This document shows, piece by piece, positions 1 through 10,600 of a stretch of DNA of 64,000 bases. This DNA comes from an uncultured Gammaproteobacteria bacterium. Lineage in GTDB: Bacteria > Pseudomonadota > Gammaproteobacteria > DRLM01. The notes beneath the pieces are model-generated. The model was not told the DNA's origin. It worked only from the letters and a program-made list of their open reading frames with translations, and did not search any database. The stretch is from positions 32,001 to 96,000 of the forward strand of contig CAVSNY010000003.1 in assembly GCA_963729605.1 (NCBI GenBank), read 5' to 3'. Positions within the stretch are counted from its first letter, which is position 1, and every line of letters starts with the position of its first letter. Position numbers and translations under genes: made by a program.

Positions 1-192
1 TACGCCATACGCTTCGATGATATGGTGGTCACCGCCTTTGAGTTGTGTCTGCATGGCCAATGGCAATACCGCGCCGCCAGCGGCGCGGTGCGGGAAATGA
101 CCCGCGAGATCTTCGACGAGTTGACCTCCGCCGGCCGGCTTAAGGACCGGGATATGGTCGGTTTCGACGGCGGCTGGTCGCCGCTTCAATAA
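1..192 (+). CDS. 3' end of a CDS entering the window (hypothetical protein, partial)
   Basis: Frame 1 is open from base 1 (YAIRFDDMVVTAFELCLHGQW...FDGGWSPLQ) to TAA at 190-192; family not recognised. Confidence 0.5.
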   Translation, partial: YAIRFDDMVVTAFELCLHGQWQYRAASGAVREMTREIFDELTSAGRLKDRDMVGFDGGWSPLQ

Positions 193-415
193 CATCGCTG
201 AATTGCCGCGAGCTGCAACATGTCTCCGTTCGCGAGGCCGGTGGTCCGCGAAGCTTGCGCCGCCGCGTTTCACGCGCGTTTGAATCCACTTCGTTTGGCA
301 TGCTGGGTGATGGTGGATGGTGCCGTCGCCGCCGCTGCTTTTCCATTCCCGGGCCCGCTGCCATGCCGCCGGTGATTCGGCTCGCACCGTTCTTCCCGGT
401 CTTTCTCACGGATTT

Positions 416-1657
416 ATGAATATCTCGATTGCGGTTTTATCGGTGGTGTTTGTCCTGATCGCCGCACGCCGGCTGGGGCGCTTCCGCATCAAGATGTGGC
501 AAACCATGCTGGGCGGCGCGCTGGCGGTATTGCTGACCGGCCAGATTTCTCCCCAGGCCGCGCTGCGGGCGATCGATGTCGATGTGATGGTGTTTCTGTT
601 CGGCATGTTCATCCTGGGCCAAGCCCTGCTGATGAGCGGTTATTTGTACAGCCTCGCCGACCGGCTGTTCGGTCGTGTCCATTCCAGCGACGGCTTGTTG
701 TTCGCGATATTGATCGGCGGGGGCCTGGGCGCCGCGCTCTTGATGAATGACACCTTGGCCATCGTGGCGGCCCCGTTGATGATCCGGCTGGCGCAGGCAC
801 ATCGCCTCAATCCGAAAGTCTTGCTGTTGGCCTTGGCGTTCGCGATCACCATCGGCAGCGTGATGAGCCCGATCGGTAATCCGCAGAATCTGCTGATCGC
901 GACGCGCGGCGAGATGCCCGACCCGTTCATGACTTTTTTATATGCGCTGGGCGTGCCGACCTTGCTCAATTTATTGCTGGCTTTCGCGGTACTGAGGGTA
1001 TTTTTTCGCCGTGAATTTCACGGTGCCGCCTTGACGCACCAGCCCGCGGATGTGAGCGATCCCGCGCTCGCGCGGCTGGCCCGTCTTTCTCTGCTGGTGA
1101 TCCTGGGGTTGATCGCCGCGAAGATGCTGGTGGTGATGGTCGGCGTCGAGTTTGATTTGCGCCTGAGTTATATCGCCCTGGCGGGGGCCTTGCCCTTGCT
1201 GCTTTTCAGCCGGCGGCGGCTGACCTTGCTCCGGCAGATGGACTGGGGAACCTTGATATTCTTCGCCGCGATGTTCGTGTTGATGGCCAGTGTCTGGCAC
1301 AGCGGGTTTTTCCAGTCGCGGATGGCGGACCTGAATTTGGATCTGCGTGCGCTGCCGATGGTGATGGCGGTGAGCATGGTGCTCAGCCAATTGATTTCCA
1401 ACGTGCCGTTGGTGGCCCTGTATCTGCCCTTGCTCGAACAAGGAGGACCGGCCGTGCCGAGTTTGATGGCCCTCGCCGCCGGCAGCACCATCGCGGGAAA
1501 TCTGCTGATACTCGGAGCCGCGAGCAATGTCATCATCGTCCAACATGCCGAGCGGCATGGGGTACACATAGGATTTTTCGAGTTTGCGCGGGTGGGCGTG
1601 CCGCTGGGCCTGTTGAACGCGGCGGTGTATTGGGCCTACCTGGAATGGTTGTATTAG
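416..1657 (+). CDS. ArsB/NhaD/SLC13-type (CitMHS-like) ion permease
   Basis: Very hydrophobic multi-TM protein with ALLMND, GSVMSPIGNPQN, SQLISNVP and GAASNVI motifs; start moved to the ATG at 416. Confidence 0.8.
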   Translation: MNISIAVLSVVFVLIAARRLGRFRIKMWQTMLGGALAVLLTGQISPQAALRAIDVDVMVFLFGMFILGQALLMSGYLYSLADRLFGRVHSSDGLLFAILIGGGLGAALLMNDTLAIVAAPLMIRLAQAHRLNPKVLLLALAFAITIGSVMSPIGNPQNLLIATRGEMPDPFMTFLYALGVPTLLNLLLAFAVLRVFFRREFHGAALTHQPADVSDPALARLARLSLLVILGLIAAKMLVVMVGVEFDLRLSYIALAGALPLLLFSRRRLTLLRQMDWGTLIFFAAMFVLMASVWHSGFFQSRMADLNLDLRALPMVMAVSMVLSQLISNVPLVALYLPLLEQGGPAVPSLMALAAGSTIAGNLLILGAASNVIIVQHAERHGVHIGFFEFARVGVPLGLLNAAVYWAYLEWLY

Positions 1658-1732
1658 CGCCCCGCCAAAGACTTGCAAATCCATTCAAACCCCCCATTTA
1701 TAAGAAAGACCGATCAGGAAAGGTGAAATCGG

Positions 1733-2173
1733 ATGAGCGAAGCGCCGCATATCGTTTGCCCCCATTGTTTTGTGACCAATCGGGTCTCCGCCGCGAAACC
1801 GGCCGCCGCCGCGCAATGCGGGCGTTGTAAACGGCGTTTATTCGAGGGCGAACCGGCGACGGTGGACACGGCGCATTTTCAACGGCTGATCGAGCACACG
1901 GATATTCCGGTGGTGGTGGATTTTTGGGCTTCCTGGTGCGGCCCTTGCAAAATGATGGCGCCGATCTTCGCGGAGGCGGCACGCACTTTGGAACCGCGGG
2001 CGCGTCTCGCCAAGGTCAATACGGAGGAGGAAAGCGATTTGGCCGCCCGGTTTGCCATTCGCAGCATACCGAGTCTGTTGATCTTCAAGAAGGGCCAGGA
2101 AGTCGCCCGCCAAAGCGGGGCCATGGACAAAACGTCGTTGTTGCGTTGGGTGCAGCCCTATCTCGCGGGCTGA
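1733..2173 (+). CDS. trxC: Thioredoxin 2 (zinc-binding thioredoxin)
   Basis: N-terminal CPHC...CGRC zinc motif plus WCGPC active site. Confidence 0.92.
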   Translation: MSEAPHIVCPHCFVTNRVSAAKPAAAAQCGRCKRRLFEGEPATVDTAHFQRLIEHTDIPVVVDFWASWCGPCKMMAPIFAEAARTLEPRARLAKVNTEEESDLAARFAIRSIPSLLIFKKGQEVARQSGAMDKTSLLRWVQPYLAG

Positions 2174-2269
2174 TTGTCGATCGAGCAAATATTTTCAACA
2201 AAAATGATCACTTCTCCCACCTGGCGGTGGAAGTTCCATCTTATCCCGCGGAGCTTTACCTCGCGTAAA

Positions 2270-2410
2270 TCAGCTCAAGCCCGCGTATGAAGTCGCGAAA
2301 TTCGCCATAAACACCGCAAATGAAATAGCGCAAATGACCCCGATGATGGCGGGAATGATGTCCTGCGGGCGATAAAGCTCTTTGATGGTTTTCTGTCTGT
2401 AATGAGACAT
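2270..2410 (-). CDS. Small single-TM hypothetical protein (46 aa)
   Basis: ATG at 2410 preceded by a GGGGGA SD-like sequence; hydrophobic stretch IIPAIIGVICAISFAVFMA. Confidence 0.45.
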   Translation of the reverse strand: MSHYRQKTIKELYRPQDIIPAIIGVICAISFAVFMANFATSYAGLS

Positions 2411-2794
2411 AACGAAGTTTCCCCCATGGTTTTGTAGATCGATATTTTCGTAAGTTGTTGAAAGAAAAATTGATCTCTCCAATAACCGCTGAGTAATCCC
2501 CTCAACAAATTTAAGTGTAGACGGCATTTTCCGTTTGCCAAGGCGCTGGCCCGGGTGAAGTATGTTTTCGCCGGCTGGAGGAGCGGCAACCTCAATCTCT
2601 TGGTTGGGATGACCCCGGTTTTATCGCCTCGGCGCGAGCAAGCCCGTAATTTTTATTGAGAAGAGGACCTTGTCTAGGGAGGGTTCTTGGCCGATCATGT
2701 GCGGCTCATTGTCGCCTTGGTTTGACGGGGTAGACATGATTAGGAAACCGCCACCGGCGGGAATATGGGGATTAATAATTGAGAGTCGGTATTT

Positions 2795-3106
2795 ATGGAT
2801 TTTAATAATGCATCTGTGAAGGCCAAGGCGAATGTGTATCACGGCGGCCGCGTGACCAGCCGTTCCATCGTCACCGCGGAGGGTGAAATGAAAACCCTGG
2901 GCATCATGTTGCCGGGGATTTATCGATTCAATACCGAGGCCCCGGAGGCCATCGACGTGACGCAAGGTCTTTGCCGCGTCAAGGTGGGGGATCAGCAGGA
3001 GTGGCAGGAATACCGCAGCGGCGAGACTTTCCACGTCCCGCCGAACACGCATTTTGAAATCGAAGTGACGGAATTATTGGATTACGTTTGCCACTTCGGC
3101 AAATAG
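2795..3106 (+). CDS. ppnP: Pyrimidine/purine nucleoside phosphorylase (YaiE/DUF1255)
   Basis: KANVYHGGRVTSRS...KTLGIMLPGIYRFNT...DYVC signature; 103 aa. Confidence 0.9.
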   Translation: MDFNNASVKAKANVYHGGRVTSRSIVTAEGEMKTLGIMLPGIYRFNTEAPEAIDVTQGLCRVKVGDQQEWQEYRSGETFHVPPNTHFEIEVTELLDYVCHFGK

Positions 3107-3131
3107 AGGCGCAAGATATTTTGCGGGGTCG

Positions 3132-3167
3132 ATCTCCCGGGAGCGTGAAGGTTTGTCCCCGGGAGAT
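3132..3167. terminator. Inverted repeat between convergent ppnP and beta-propeller genes, probable bidirectional terminator
   Basis: ATCTCCCGGG (3132-3141) pairs with CCCGGGAGAT (3158-3167); no clear U-tract. Confidence 0.4.
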
Positions 3168-3190
3168 TCAGCTTGCCAATGAAGAGTGGT

Positions 3191-4474
3191 TTAGGCCCCG
3201 TGGATGCCGCTGCGCCAATACATGAAGTTGAAATCTTCGGCGGGGCGGGTGCCCAACGAGACGGTTTCTATCACGGTGTCGTTGCCGCCGTCGAGCACGG
3301 AGACGCTGCCGTCGGTGGGATTGGGCACGAATACCAGGCGATCCTCGCCTTCGCTGTTCAAAAAGGCGATGGAGCGGCGCCCGCAATCGGCGGTGCCGAC
3401 CTGGACCTCTTTGATCAGGCTGAGCTTGGGCAGGGCCGAGCTGTCGAAGATCAGCAGACGATCGAGTTTGGAATTTTCTTTTTGGATACCTTTACCGGTC
3501 GCGGCGGTGGTGACGTAGAGTTTGCTGCCGTCGCTATTGAAGCGATAACAACTCGGGTAAATATCCGGTAGATCCACCAAGCCGGCGATGTCGCCGCCGG
3601 CGGCGTTCATCACGGTCAGTCGGCCGATGATGTGTTCGGCATCGGATTTTCTATCCACGCCCTTACCGATCAGGAAACGCCCATTGGGACTCAGCAGCAG
3701 ATTGCTGCTGAGTTTCATGGGCGCGGTCTTTTCTATTCTATTGCTGGCGGGATCGATGACCGCCACGCTGCCGTAGCCGTTGTTCATGTTGTAGAGTTTT
3801 CCGGTTACGCCGGAAAACACCATGCCGTGGGGATAGGCGTTGTTGGGAAGGCGGTCTTTATGGCCTTCTTCATGGGCGGGTTCGCACAGATTGATGGTGG
3901 TCAATATCTTGAGGTAGGTGCCGGCATCGGCGGGGTCGTTGCCCACCACCGTGATGGACCCTTCCATCAGATTGCTGAGATAGGCCCGGCGTGGCAGCGT
4001 GGCCGCCTGCGGCGACGGTCCCACATAGGTGACGACGTGATGGCCTCGGCCCGCGCAAATGGTCTTGATGGGCGAGCCGGGCAACGCGGTGCCAGCGCTG
4101 TCGATCACCGTGACCGGCGAGCCATTTTCGCCGCAACTGACCGGGTCGATGCCTTTTTCCTTGTCGCCGTCACTGACCATCCAATAAGTGTCGGTGAAAG
4201 GGTCGCGATAGGCATAGGCCGCGATGGCGTCGACGGGCAAAGAGGGTTGCGCGGTGATCCGTTTGCTGACCGGGTCGAGCAGGATGGCCGAACGGTCCGG
4301 CTGGTGCAGGCCGATCAATACCGGTCTTTTGGGTTCTTCCAGCCCGCTGGCGGGGGCCTGGGGAAGGGTGTGAGTCCGAGTGCTGCCGTTTTCGTGTTCG
4401 ATCAAGACCAAGCTGCTGTCGCCCTCGATGCTGAGATGGCACACGCAAGACCAATTTTGGTGTTTATTCGACAT
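3191..4474 (-). CDS. YVTN/YncE-like beta-propeller protein, no signal peptide
   Basis: Repeated blade motifs (GSITVV, GSVAVIDP, SPNGRFL, NSDGSKLYVT, DGSVSVLD). Confidence 0.7.
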   Translation of the reverse strand: MSNKHQNWSCVCHLSIEGDSSLVLIEHENGSTRTHTLPQAPASGLEEPKRPVLIGLHQPDRSAILLDPVSKRITAQPSLPVDAIAAYAYRDPFTDTYWMVSDGDKEKGIDPVSCGENGSPVTVIDSAGTALPGSPIKTICAGRGHHVVTYVGPSPQAATLPRRAYLSNLMEGSITVVGNDPADAGTYLKILTTINLCEPAHEEGHKDRLPNNAYPHGMVFSGVTGKLYNMNNGYGSVAVIDPASNRIEKTAPMKLSSNLLLSPNGRFLIGKGVDRKSDAEHIIGRLTVMNAAGGDIAGLVDLPDIYPSCYRFNSDGSKLYVTTAATGKGIQKENSKLDRLLIFDSSALPKLSLIKEVQVGTADCGRRSIAFLNSEGEDRLVFVPNPTDGSVSVLDGGNDTVIETVSLGTRPAEDFNFMYWRSGIHGA

Positions 4475-4563
4475 GTTATTTCACCCTTGGGATGGCCGGC
4501 AAAGCCGACATGATAAACGTATTGCGGGTTTGGATGCTATGCGATCAGCCCGACAAAACGGCG

Positions 4564-5526
4564 CTATTCCCGCTTAGGTTTCTGTTTCCCCGCCGCGATC
4601 AGCCGTTCTCGCAGACTGGCGCCGCTCAACTGGCCGAGCAGGGCGCGCGCGGAAATCGCTTCGTCGCGCGCGATCAAGCCGAGGCCGGCGGCGAGCTGCC
4701 CCACCACCTGTTCCGGCGTGCGGCCCTGCAGGCGGAGCGTGGCCACGCCGCCGTCGCCGTCGCGTTTGGCCAGGCGGCGGCCGAGCGCGTCGGTCATCAA
4801 GGGGACATGCCAGTAGCGCGGTACCGGCAGGTCGAGGGCATTCAGCAATTCCACTTGCCGGGGCGTCGAGTCGAGCAGGTCGGCGCCCCGCACCACGTCG
4901 GTGACGCCCATCAGCGCGTCGTCCACCGCCACCGCCAATTGATAGGCGAACAAGCGGTCGGCGCGCCTTACCACGAAGTCGCCGACATCCACGTCCATGG
5001 TTTGGGTCAGCGGCCCGCTGATTTGGTCGAGCACTTCAACGGTATTGCGGCCGACGCGATAGCGCCACGCCGGTTCCCGATGGCCGGACGGCGTCGCGCC
5101 AGCGTCGAGATGGCGGCAGGTGCCGGGATAGATACCGCCGTTTTCCCGGCCGTGAGGCGCGCTGGCCGCCAGGGCGATGTCTTTGCGGGAACAATAACAG
5201 GGGAACACCCGCTGGGTTTTGCGCAATTGGTGGAAGGCGGTCTCGTACAAGGCACCGCGCTGCGATTGCAGATAGGGGCCGGCGGGCCCGCCGACGTCCG
5301 GTCCTTCGTCCCAGTCCAGGCCGAGCCAGCGCAGGTCTTCAATAATCTGCGCGATGCACTCGGCGCGCGAGCGCGGTTGATCGAGGTCTTCGATCCGCAG
5401 AATAAAGCGTCCTCCCGCCAAGCGGGTTTGTAACCAAGCGATTAAGGCGGTGCGGAGGTTCCCCAAATGCAAGGGACCGGTGGGACTGGGCGCATAACGG
5501 CCCTTGGACGGTGGCGTAACGACCAT
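4564..5526 (-). CDS. gluQRS: Glutamyl-Q tRNA(Asp) synthetase
   Basis: GRYAPSPTGPLHLGN (HIGH motif), LRIEDLD, CYC zinc motif, VVRGADL, RLAKR; lacks an anticodon-binding domain (320 aa). Confidence 0.9.
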   Translation of the reverse strand: MVVTPPSKGRYAPSPTGPLHLGNLRTALIAWLQTRLAGGRFILRIEDLDQPRSRAECIAQIIEDLRWLGLDWDEGPDVGGPAGPYLQSQRGALYETAFHQLRKTQRVFPCYCSRKDIALAASAPHGRENGGIYPGTCRHLDAGATPSGHREPAWRYRVGRNTVEVLDQISGPLTQTMDVDVGDFVVRRADRLFAYQLAVAVDDALMGVTDVVRGADLLDSTPRQVELLNALDLPVPRYWHVPLMTDALGRRLAKRDGDGGVATLRLQGRTPEQVVGQLAAGLGLIARDEAISARALLGQLSGASLRERLIAAGKQKPKRE

Positions 5527-5814
5527 GAATTAAAACCTGCTGGACATCGCTTAACGGATTTATCTTATCTATTATATAGATGGAATGCCTTGATTTTCGC
5601 GCAGGGTACGGCTTTCCAAAGATTGTTTGGTGTATTTGTGAATTTTTTCATCTCAACACCTTAAGTGGTCTAGTGGCGGCGTTAACGCGAAGCTCCCTAA
5701 TCAAGAGTATTTCCCGGCCGTTACAGCTAAAGGCGCCGATCATCATTAAGAATGGGGGCGGTCTTATACCAGGTAGTTAGGTGACGGCCCCGATGTAATG
5801 ATGAGAGGTTGACG

Positions 5815-6285
5815 ATGGGACGGACCTTGTTATTGGTGGACGATGAGGAAAACATTATCGCCGCGCTCAGCCGTGTGTTGCGGAGGGAGGCTTATACGAT
5901 CCTCCGTGCCGAAAATGGCATGAAGGGACTCGCGATGCTGGAGCAATCTCCCGTCGGTGTCATTATCTCCGATCAACGCATGCCCGGTATGACAGGCATT
6001 CAATTCCTCAACGAGGCGAGGCGATTGCGTCCTGAAACGGTACGCATCGTCTTGAGCGGCTACACCGATTTCTCGTTTATCACCGAGGCGATCAATCATG
6101 GGGAGATATATAAATTTATCGCCAAGCCCTGGAACGATGAACGGCTCCGCGCCGACTTGCGGAAGGGATTCGAGCGTTATGAAATGAACATGGAACATAA
6201 CCGTCTCGCCCGGGAATTACAAAAGGCCCAGGAAGCATTATCAAGTCTGCGCGGCGGTTTTCATTCGCGCATAGAAGGGAGTTGA
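5815..6285 (+). CDS. Response regulator: receiver domain with short coiled-coil tail
   Basis: LLVDDE, IISDQRMP (phospho-Asp), LSGY, KPW. Confidence 0.88.
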   Translation: MGRTLLLVDDEENIIAALSRVLRREAYTILRAENGMKGLAMLEQSPVGVIISDQRMPGMTGIQFLNEARRLRPETVRIVLSGYTDFSFITEAINHGEIYKFIAKPWNDERLRADLRKGFERYEMNMEHNRLARELQKAQEALSSLRGGFHSRIEGS

Positions 6286-6288
6286 GTC

Positions 6289-7572
6289 ATGTCGGTGTTT
6301 GACGCGAGCCAGATCACGATCCTGTGCGTGGATGACGAGCCTAATATTCTTTCGTCGCTCAAACGGCTGTTCAGATCGGCGGGTTATGGCATCGAGACCG
6401 CCGTCAGCGGCGCGGAAGGATTGAAGATCCTCGAGAGTCGCCCGGTGGATATGGTGATTTCCGATATGCGGATGCCGGAGATGGACGGCGCCGAATTTCT
6501 GGAACGGGTCGTGGAAAAATGGCCGCTGATCACCCGCATCCTGTTGACCGGCCATGCCGACATCGTCTCGACGATCGAGGCCATCAACAAAGGGAGGATT
6601 TACCGGTACGTCAGCAAACCCTGGGAAGAAAACGACCTCAAGCTTACGGTGCGCAGCGGGCTCGAGCAGCGTTTCCTCGAACAAGAACGGCGGCGGCTGG
6701 AGAAAATTACCTATAAACAAAACGAGCAATTGCTCGAGCTCAATTCGAAATTGGAAGAACGCGTCGAACAGCGCACCCAAGAACTTGCGAAGGCTAACGA
6801 GGCCTTGAACGCCAATTACGCCCTGATGGTGAAGGTGTTCGCCAATTTAATCGAGGCGCGCGAACCGGCCTTGGCCGGCCATGCGCGGCGGGTCGCCGAT
6901 ATAAGCAAAAAAGTCGCGTTGCAAATCGGCATGGGTGAAGAAAAGGCGCAGGATGTGTTATACGCTGCACTGTTCCACGATATCGGCAAGATCGGTTTCC
7001 CCGATGAATTGTTCTCCAAGCCCTATGAGACACTCAATAGCCAGGAGTTGGAACGGGTGCGCGCCCATCCGATGATCGGCCAGGGCATTTTGGTCACGAT
7101 GGATCCTTTGCAGGAAGCCGGTTGGATCATCCGTAATCACCATGAGCGTTACGACGGCAACGGTTATCCCGGCGGGCTCAAGGGCGACGACATCCCCCTC
7201 GGCGCGAGAATCTTGGCGATAGTCAGCGATTATGACGCGCTGCAACTGGGCACGCTGGTCAAGGACAAAATGAACGCCGCGCAGGCGCGGCGTTATATCA
7301 GCGAACACGCCGGGAGTTATTATGATCCCGCGCTGATTCCGCATTTTTTCAAGATTTTGGACGCCGAAGAATTAGAGAGTGGAATAAAGCCCGTCATCTT
7401 GACTACCGAGCAACTCGAAACGGGCATGGTGCTGGCCAGGGATCTGGTGGCGAAAGACGGGGTCCTGCTGCTCTCCAAGGGATTCGCCTTGGACGATAAG
7501 ATGATAAAAAAGATCAAGACGTTTGAAAAATTGGTCGGCGTCAAATTGAATGTCCATGTGCGTAAAACTTAA
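6289..7572 (+). CDS. Response regulator with HD-GYP c-di-GMP phosphodiesterase domain (RpfG-like)
   Basis: REC domain (VDDE, SDMRMP, KPW), coiled coil, FHDIGK and HHERYDGNGYP motifs. Confidence 0.9.
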   Translation: MSVFDASQITILCVDDEPNILSSLKRLFRSAGYGIETAVSGAEGLKILESRPVDMVISDMRMPEMDGAEFLERVVEKWPLITRILLTGHADIVSTIEAINKGRIYRYVSKPWEENDLKLTVRSGLEQRFLEQERRRLEKITYKQNEQLLELNSKLEERVEQRTQELAKANEALNANYALMVKVFANLIEAREPALAGHARRVADISKKVALQIGMGEEKAQDVLYAALFHDIGKIGFPDELFSKPYETLNSQELERVRAHPMIGQGILVTMDPLQEAGWIIRNHHERYDGNGYPGGLKGDDIPLGARILAIVSDYDALQLGTLVKDKMNAAQARRYISEHAGSYYDPALIPHFFKILDAEELESGIKPVILTTEQLETGMVLARDLVAKDGVLLLSKGFALDDKMIKKIKTFEKLVGVKLNVHVRKT

Positions 7573-7694
7573 CGGCGGAGGCCGAACCGGGAAAACCGCC
7601 CATTGAGCATCCACTAGAACCGCTTGCAGAGTGATCTCCTACCTTTCACCCTCGATGGATTGTTTTCGGCCTATTTTCCCCGGTCGCCGCAGTT

Positions 7695-10600
7695 CTAATC
7701 GCGTTCGATGGTGTAGAGCAAGTCGGCGCTGCTGTGCGTGCCGCTTTCCGCTTGCAGCGTCCACAGCCGGTTGATTTGATAACTCACCACGAAGACGTTG
7801 AAGTTTTCAAACAGACCCAGGCCGTAACTGACGTAGAGTTTCGGCGATAGATAATGGCGGATGACGAGGGCGCCTTCGCCGTAACCGCCGCCCGCTTCCA
7901 GCCGCACGTCGTCGATGCCGAATTGCCTGCCGAGCTGGGTGGCGAGAAAACCGCCGCCGAACAGGCCCAGCGCGGCGGCGGCGCCGTACATCTCTTCGCC
8001 TTCGGCGGTGGAGGCCTGCGACACCGGCCTGCCTAGCAGCAAATAGGAGAGCGCGTCGGTCTCCGCCATGACCGGTTCGGAGAACAGGGTGACTTGCGGC
8101 GCCTTCAGTGTACCGCGCACCAGCAGGCCGGCGGTCACCTCCTCCACGTGGCGCACCGCGCGCACGTCGAGGCCGGGGTTGTCCACCGGCCCGCCGAAAA
8201 ACATCAGGCGTCCCCGCTCGATGGTCAGTTCCTGGCCGTAGGCGCGGTATTCGCCTTCGATGACCCGCAACTCGCCGCGCGCGGTGGTGGGTTGCTGCGG
8301 CGCATCGACGAGGACGATGTCGCCGGCGAGCCGTGCGCGCAGGCCGAAGCCGTCGAAGCGTACGAAATCGCCGAGGCGGATGCGCACCTGGCTGTGGATT
8401 TGCCACGAACTCTTCTGCGCCGACGGGCCTTGCGGGCTGACGATCACCACATCGTCGGACACCGACACCGCGCCGCTCAATTGCCGGGGCCGGATATGGG
8501 CCTCGGGGATGGTGATCTCGCCTTCCAGATCCACCCGATGACCGAGCACGCTGAGGTGGATGTCCGGCGAGGCGATGATGCGCATCTCCGAGGTATTCAT
8601 GATTTCAACGTCTTTACCGACGGCGTTGAGCTTGGTCTGCCAGTCGCCGGTCGCCAGCTGGCGGGATTCGCCTCGCAGGCTGAGCGAACCTCGCGGCGAT
8701 TGCAGGCTGGCGTCGATGCTGAAGTGATCGCGGCCGTGGGCCTCGAGCATAATCCGCGTGTCTTTGACGTGGATGCCCAAGCCGGGCAGGTCCGCGCTGC
8801 CTTTTTCCAGTCGCAGGGACCCGGTCAATTTGGGTTCGGCGAGCGAGCCGGCGAGCCGCAAATTCCCGTTGATAGTGCCCTGGGTGTTTTCCAGCGCGGG
8901 TAGGAAGAGCGGCAGCACGCTGAGATCGCGGAGGTCGGCGCTGGCCTGGCCGCGCAGGCTGTCCGGCGCGGCGTCGGCGCCGCCGCCGAGCGGTTTAGGC
9001 AAGGCCTCGCGCCGGACATCGAAGGCGCCGGCGGCGTGGCCGCCGTCATCCATATCGAGTTGCAGGTCGAGGCGTAGCGCCTCGCGGTCGAGCTCGCCGC
9101 CGATCCGGCCATTTTTGTAGCTGAGACCGATATTGTTCTCGCGGGCGCTGGCCGCTTGTGAGATGGCGCCGGCGCCCAGCCGTGCGTCGACGCGGCCGGT
9201 GATGAAACCGCTTTGATCGGCCTGGGCCTGGGCGTCGAGATCGAATTCGCCGCTGATGATCGCGCCCGGCGGCAAGATCCTCTGCGCCACGCTCAAGGGC
9301 AGGCCGCGGGCGCCGGCCTGCGCCTGCCAACCCTGCTGTTTGTCCCATTGCGCCGAGGCGCAGATCCGGCCGGTATCCTGGCGCAGGCACAGCGAATCGA
9401 GCTGGACGTTGCCGGCCGCGGGGTCGCCGCGCAGCGGGGCGGGTGTTTGCAAGCTCCACGCGCCGCTGAGTTTGTGATCGACGTCGAGCCGGGCCACCGT
9501 ACCCCGCCATAACGAATCGAGGTAGCCGCCGGACAGTTCGGTTTCGAAGCGGCCGGGCGCGCCGCTCACCGCGGCGCGTAGCGTATGTTGTTCGGTGTTG
9601 CCGTCGGCGCGCAGGAGGGCGTGTTCGAATTCGAGTTGATCGATGCCGAGATTCTCCGCCTGCACCTCCAGCGCCGAGGGATGGGTGCCGGAAGTATCGA
9701 CGGACATCACCAATTGCATTTGCTCGGCGCGGTAAGCGCCGAAGCGCAAATGGGTGCCGATCAAGGAAGAAGTCAGCACCGGGGCGTCGCGCGGACCGCT
9801 CACTTGGCCGCCGCCCTGAAAGGTGCCGCCGCTCCCAGGCAGCAGCGCCGCCAGATTGTTCGCGGTCACCTCCCAGCGTCCGTCCCACTGTTCGCCGAGG
9901 GTGCCGTGGACGTTCACTTTGTTTTCGCCGGATTGAGCCTGGAAGCGCGACAGGGTGATCTCCGTGCCGTGCATGGCGGCCGCGACGGTCCCGGTGAAGG
10001 GGTGATCGAGCAGGGTGCCGGCGACGTCGGGGATGTCCACGCTGAGGTCGTGCACGCCGTTGCGTTGCCTGCCTTCGGCATGGCCGGCGAAATTGAGCGT
10101 GCCCGGCCAGGCCGGCCATTGACGGCCGGGATCGATATCCCGCGCTTGCCAGTCGGCGCGCCAGCTCAGGCCGGATTTCCATTGCACCTCGCCTTGGCCG
10201 CGCAAGCGGCCGGCGAGTATGTCGGCCTGGACGTCGGAGAAGATCAAACGTTCGGCCGTGCCTCGCGCGGTGATCCGCCATTGCCCGGCCGGGATGTCTT
10301 TGCCTGACACGTCGCCTTGCAGTTTGAGCGCGTATTTTTTTGGCGTGCCGGTGACGGTGAAGCGGCCTTGCGCGCTTTGCACCTGCGGTCCGTTGGCCAG
10401 CGGCCAGCGCAGTGCGTTCCACCGGCCGTTCAAGTCGGCGTGGATTTCCTGGCCGAGGGTGATCCGGCCGCGTACGGTCACCGCGCTGGCGGTGTTGCCG
10501 AGTACGCTGTGCAGGCGATGAATGGTGAGGACGTCGGCGCCGTTGTAGCCGAGGTCGAGGTCGTGCGCCAGCCGCAGGTCTTTTTGAGTTGTCCGCAGAC

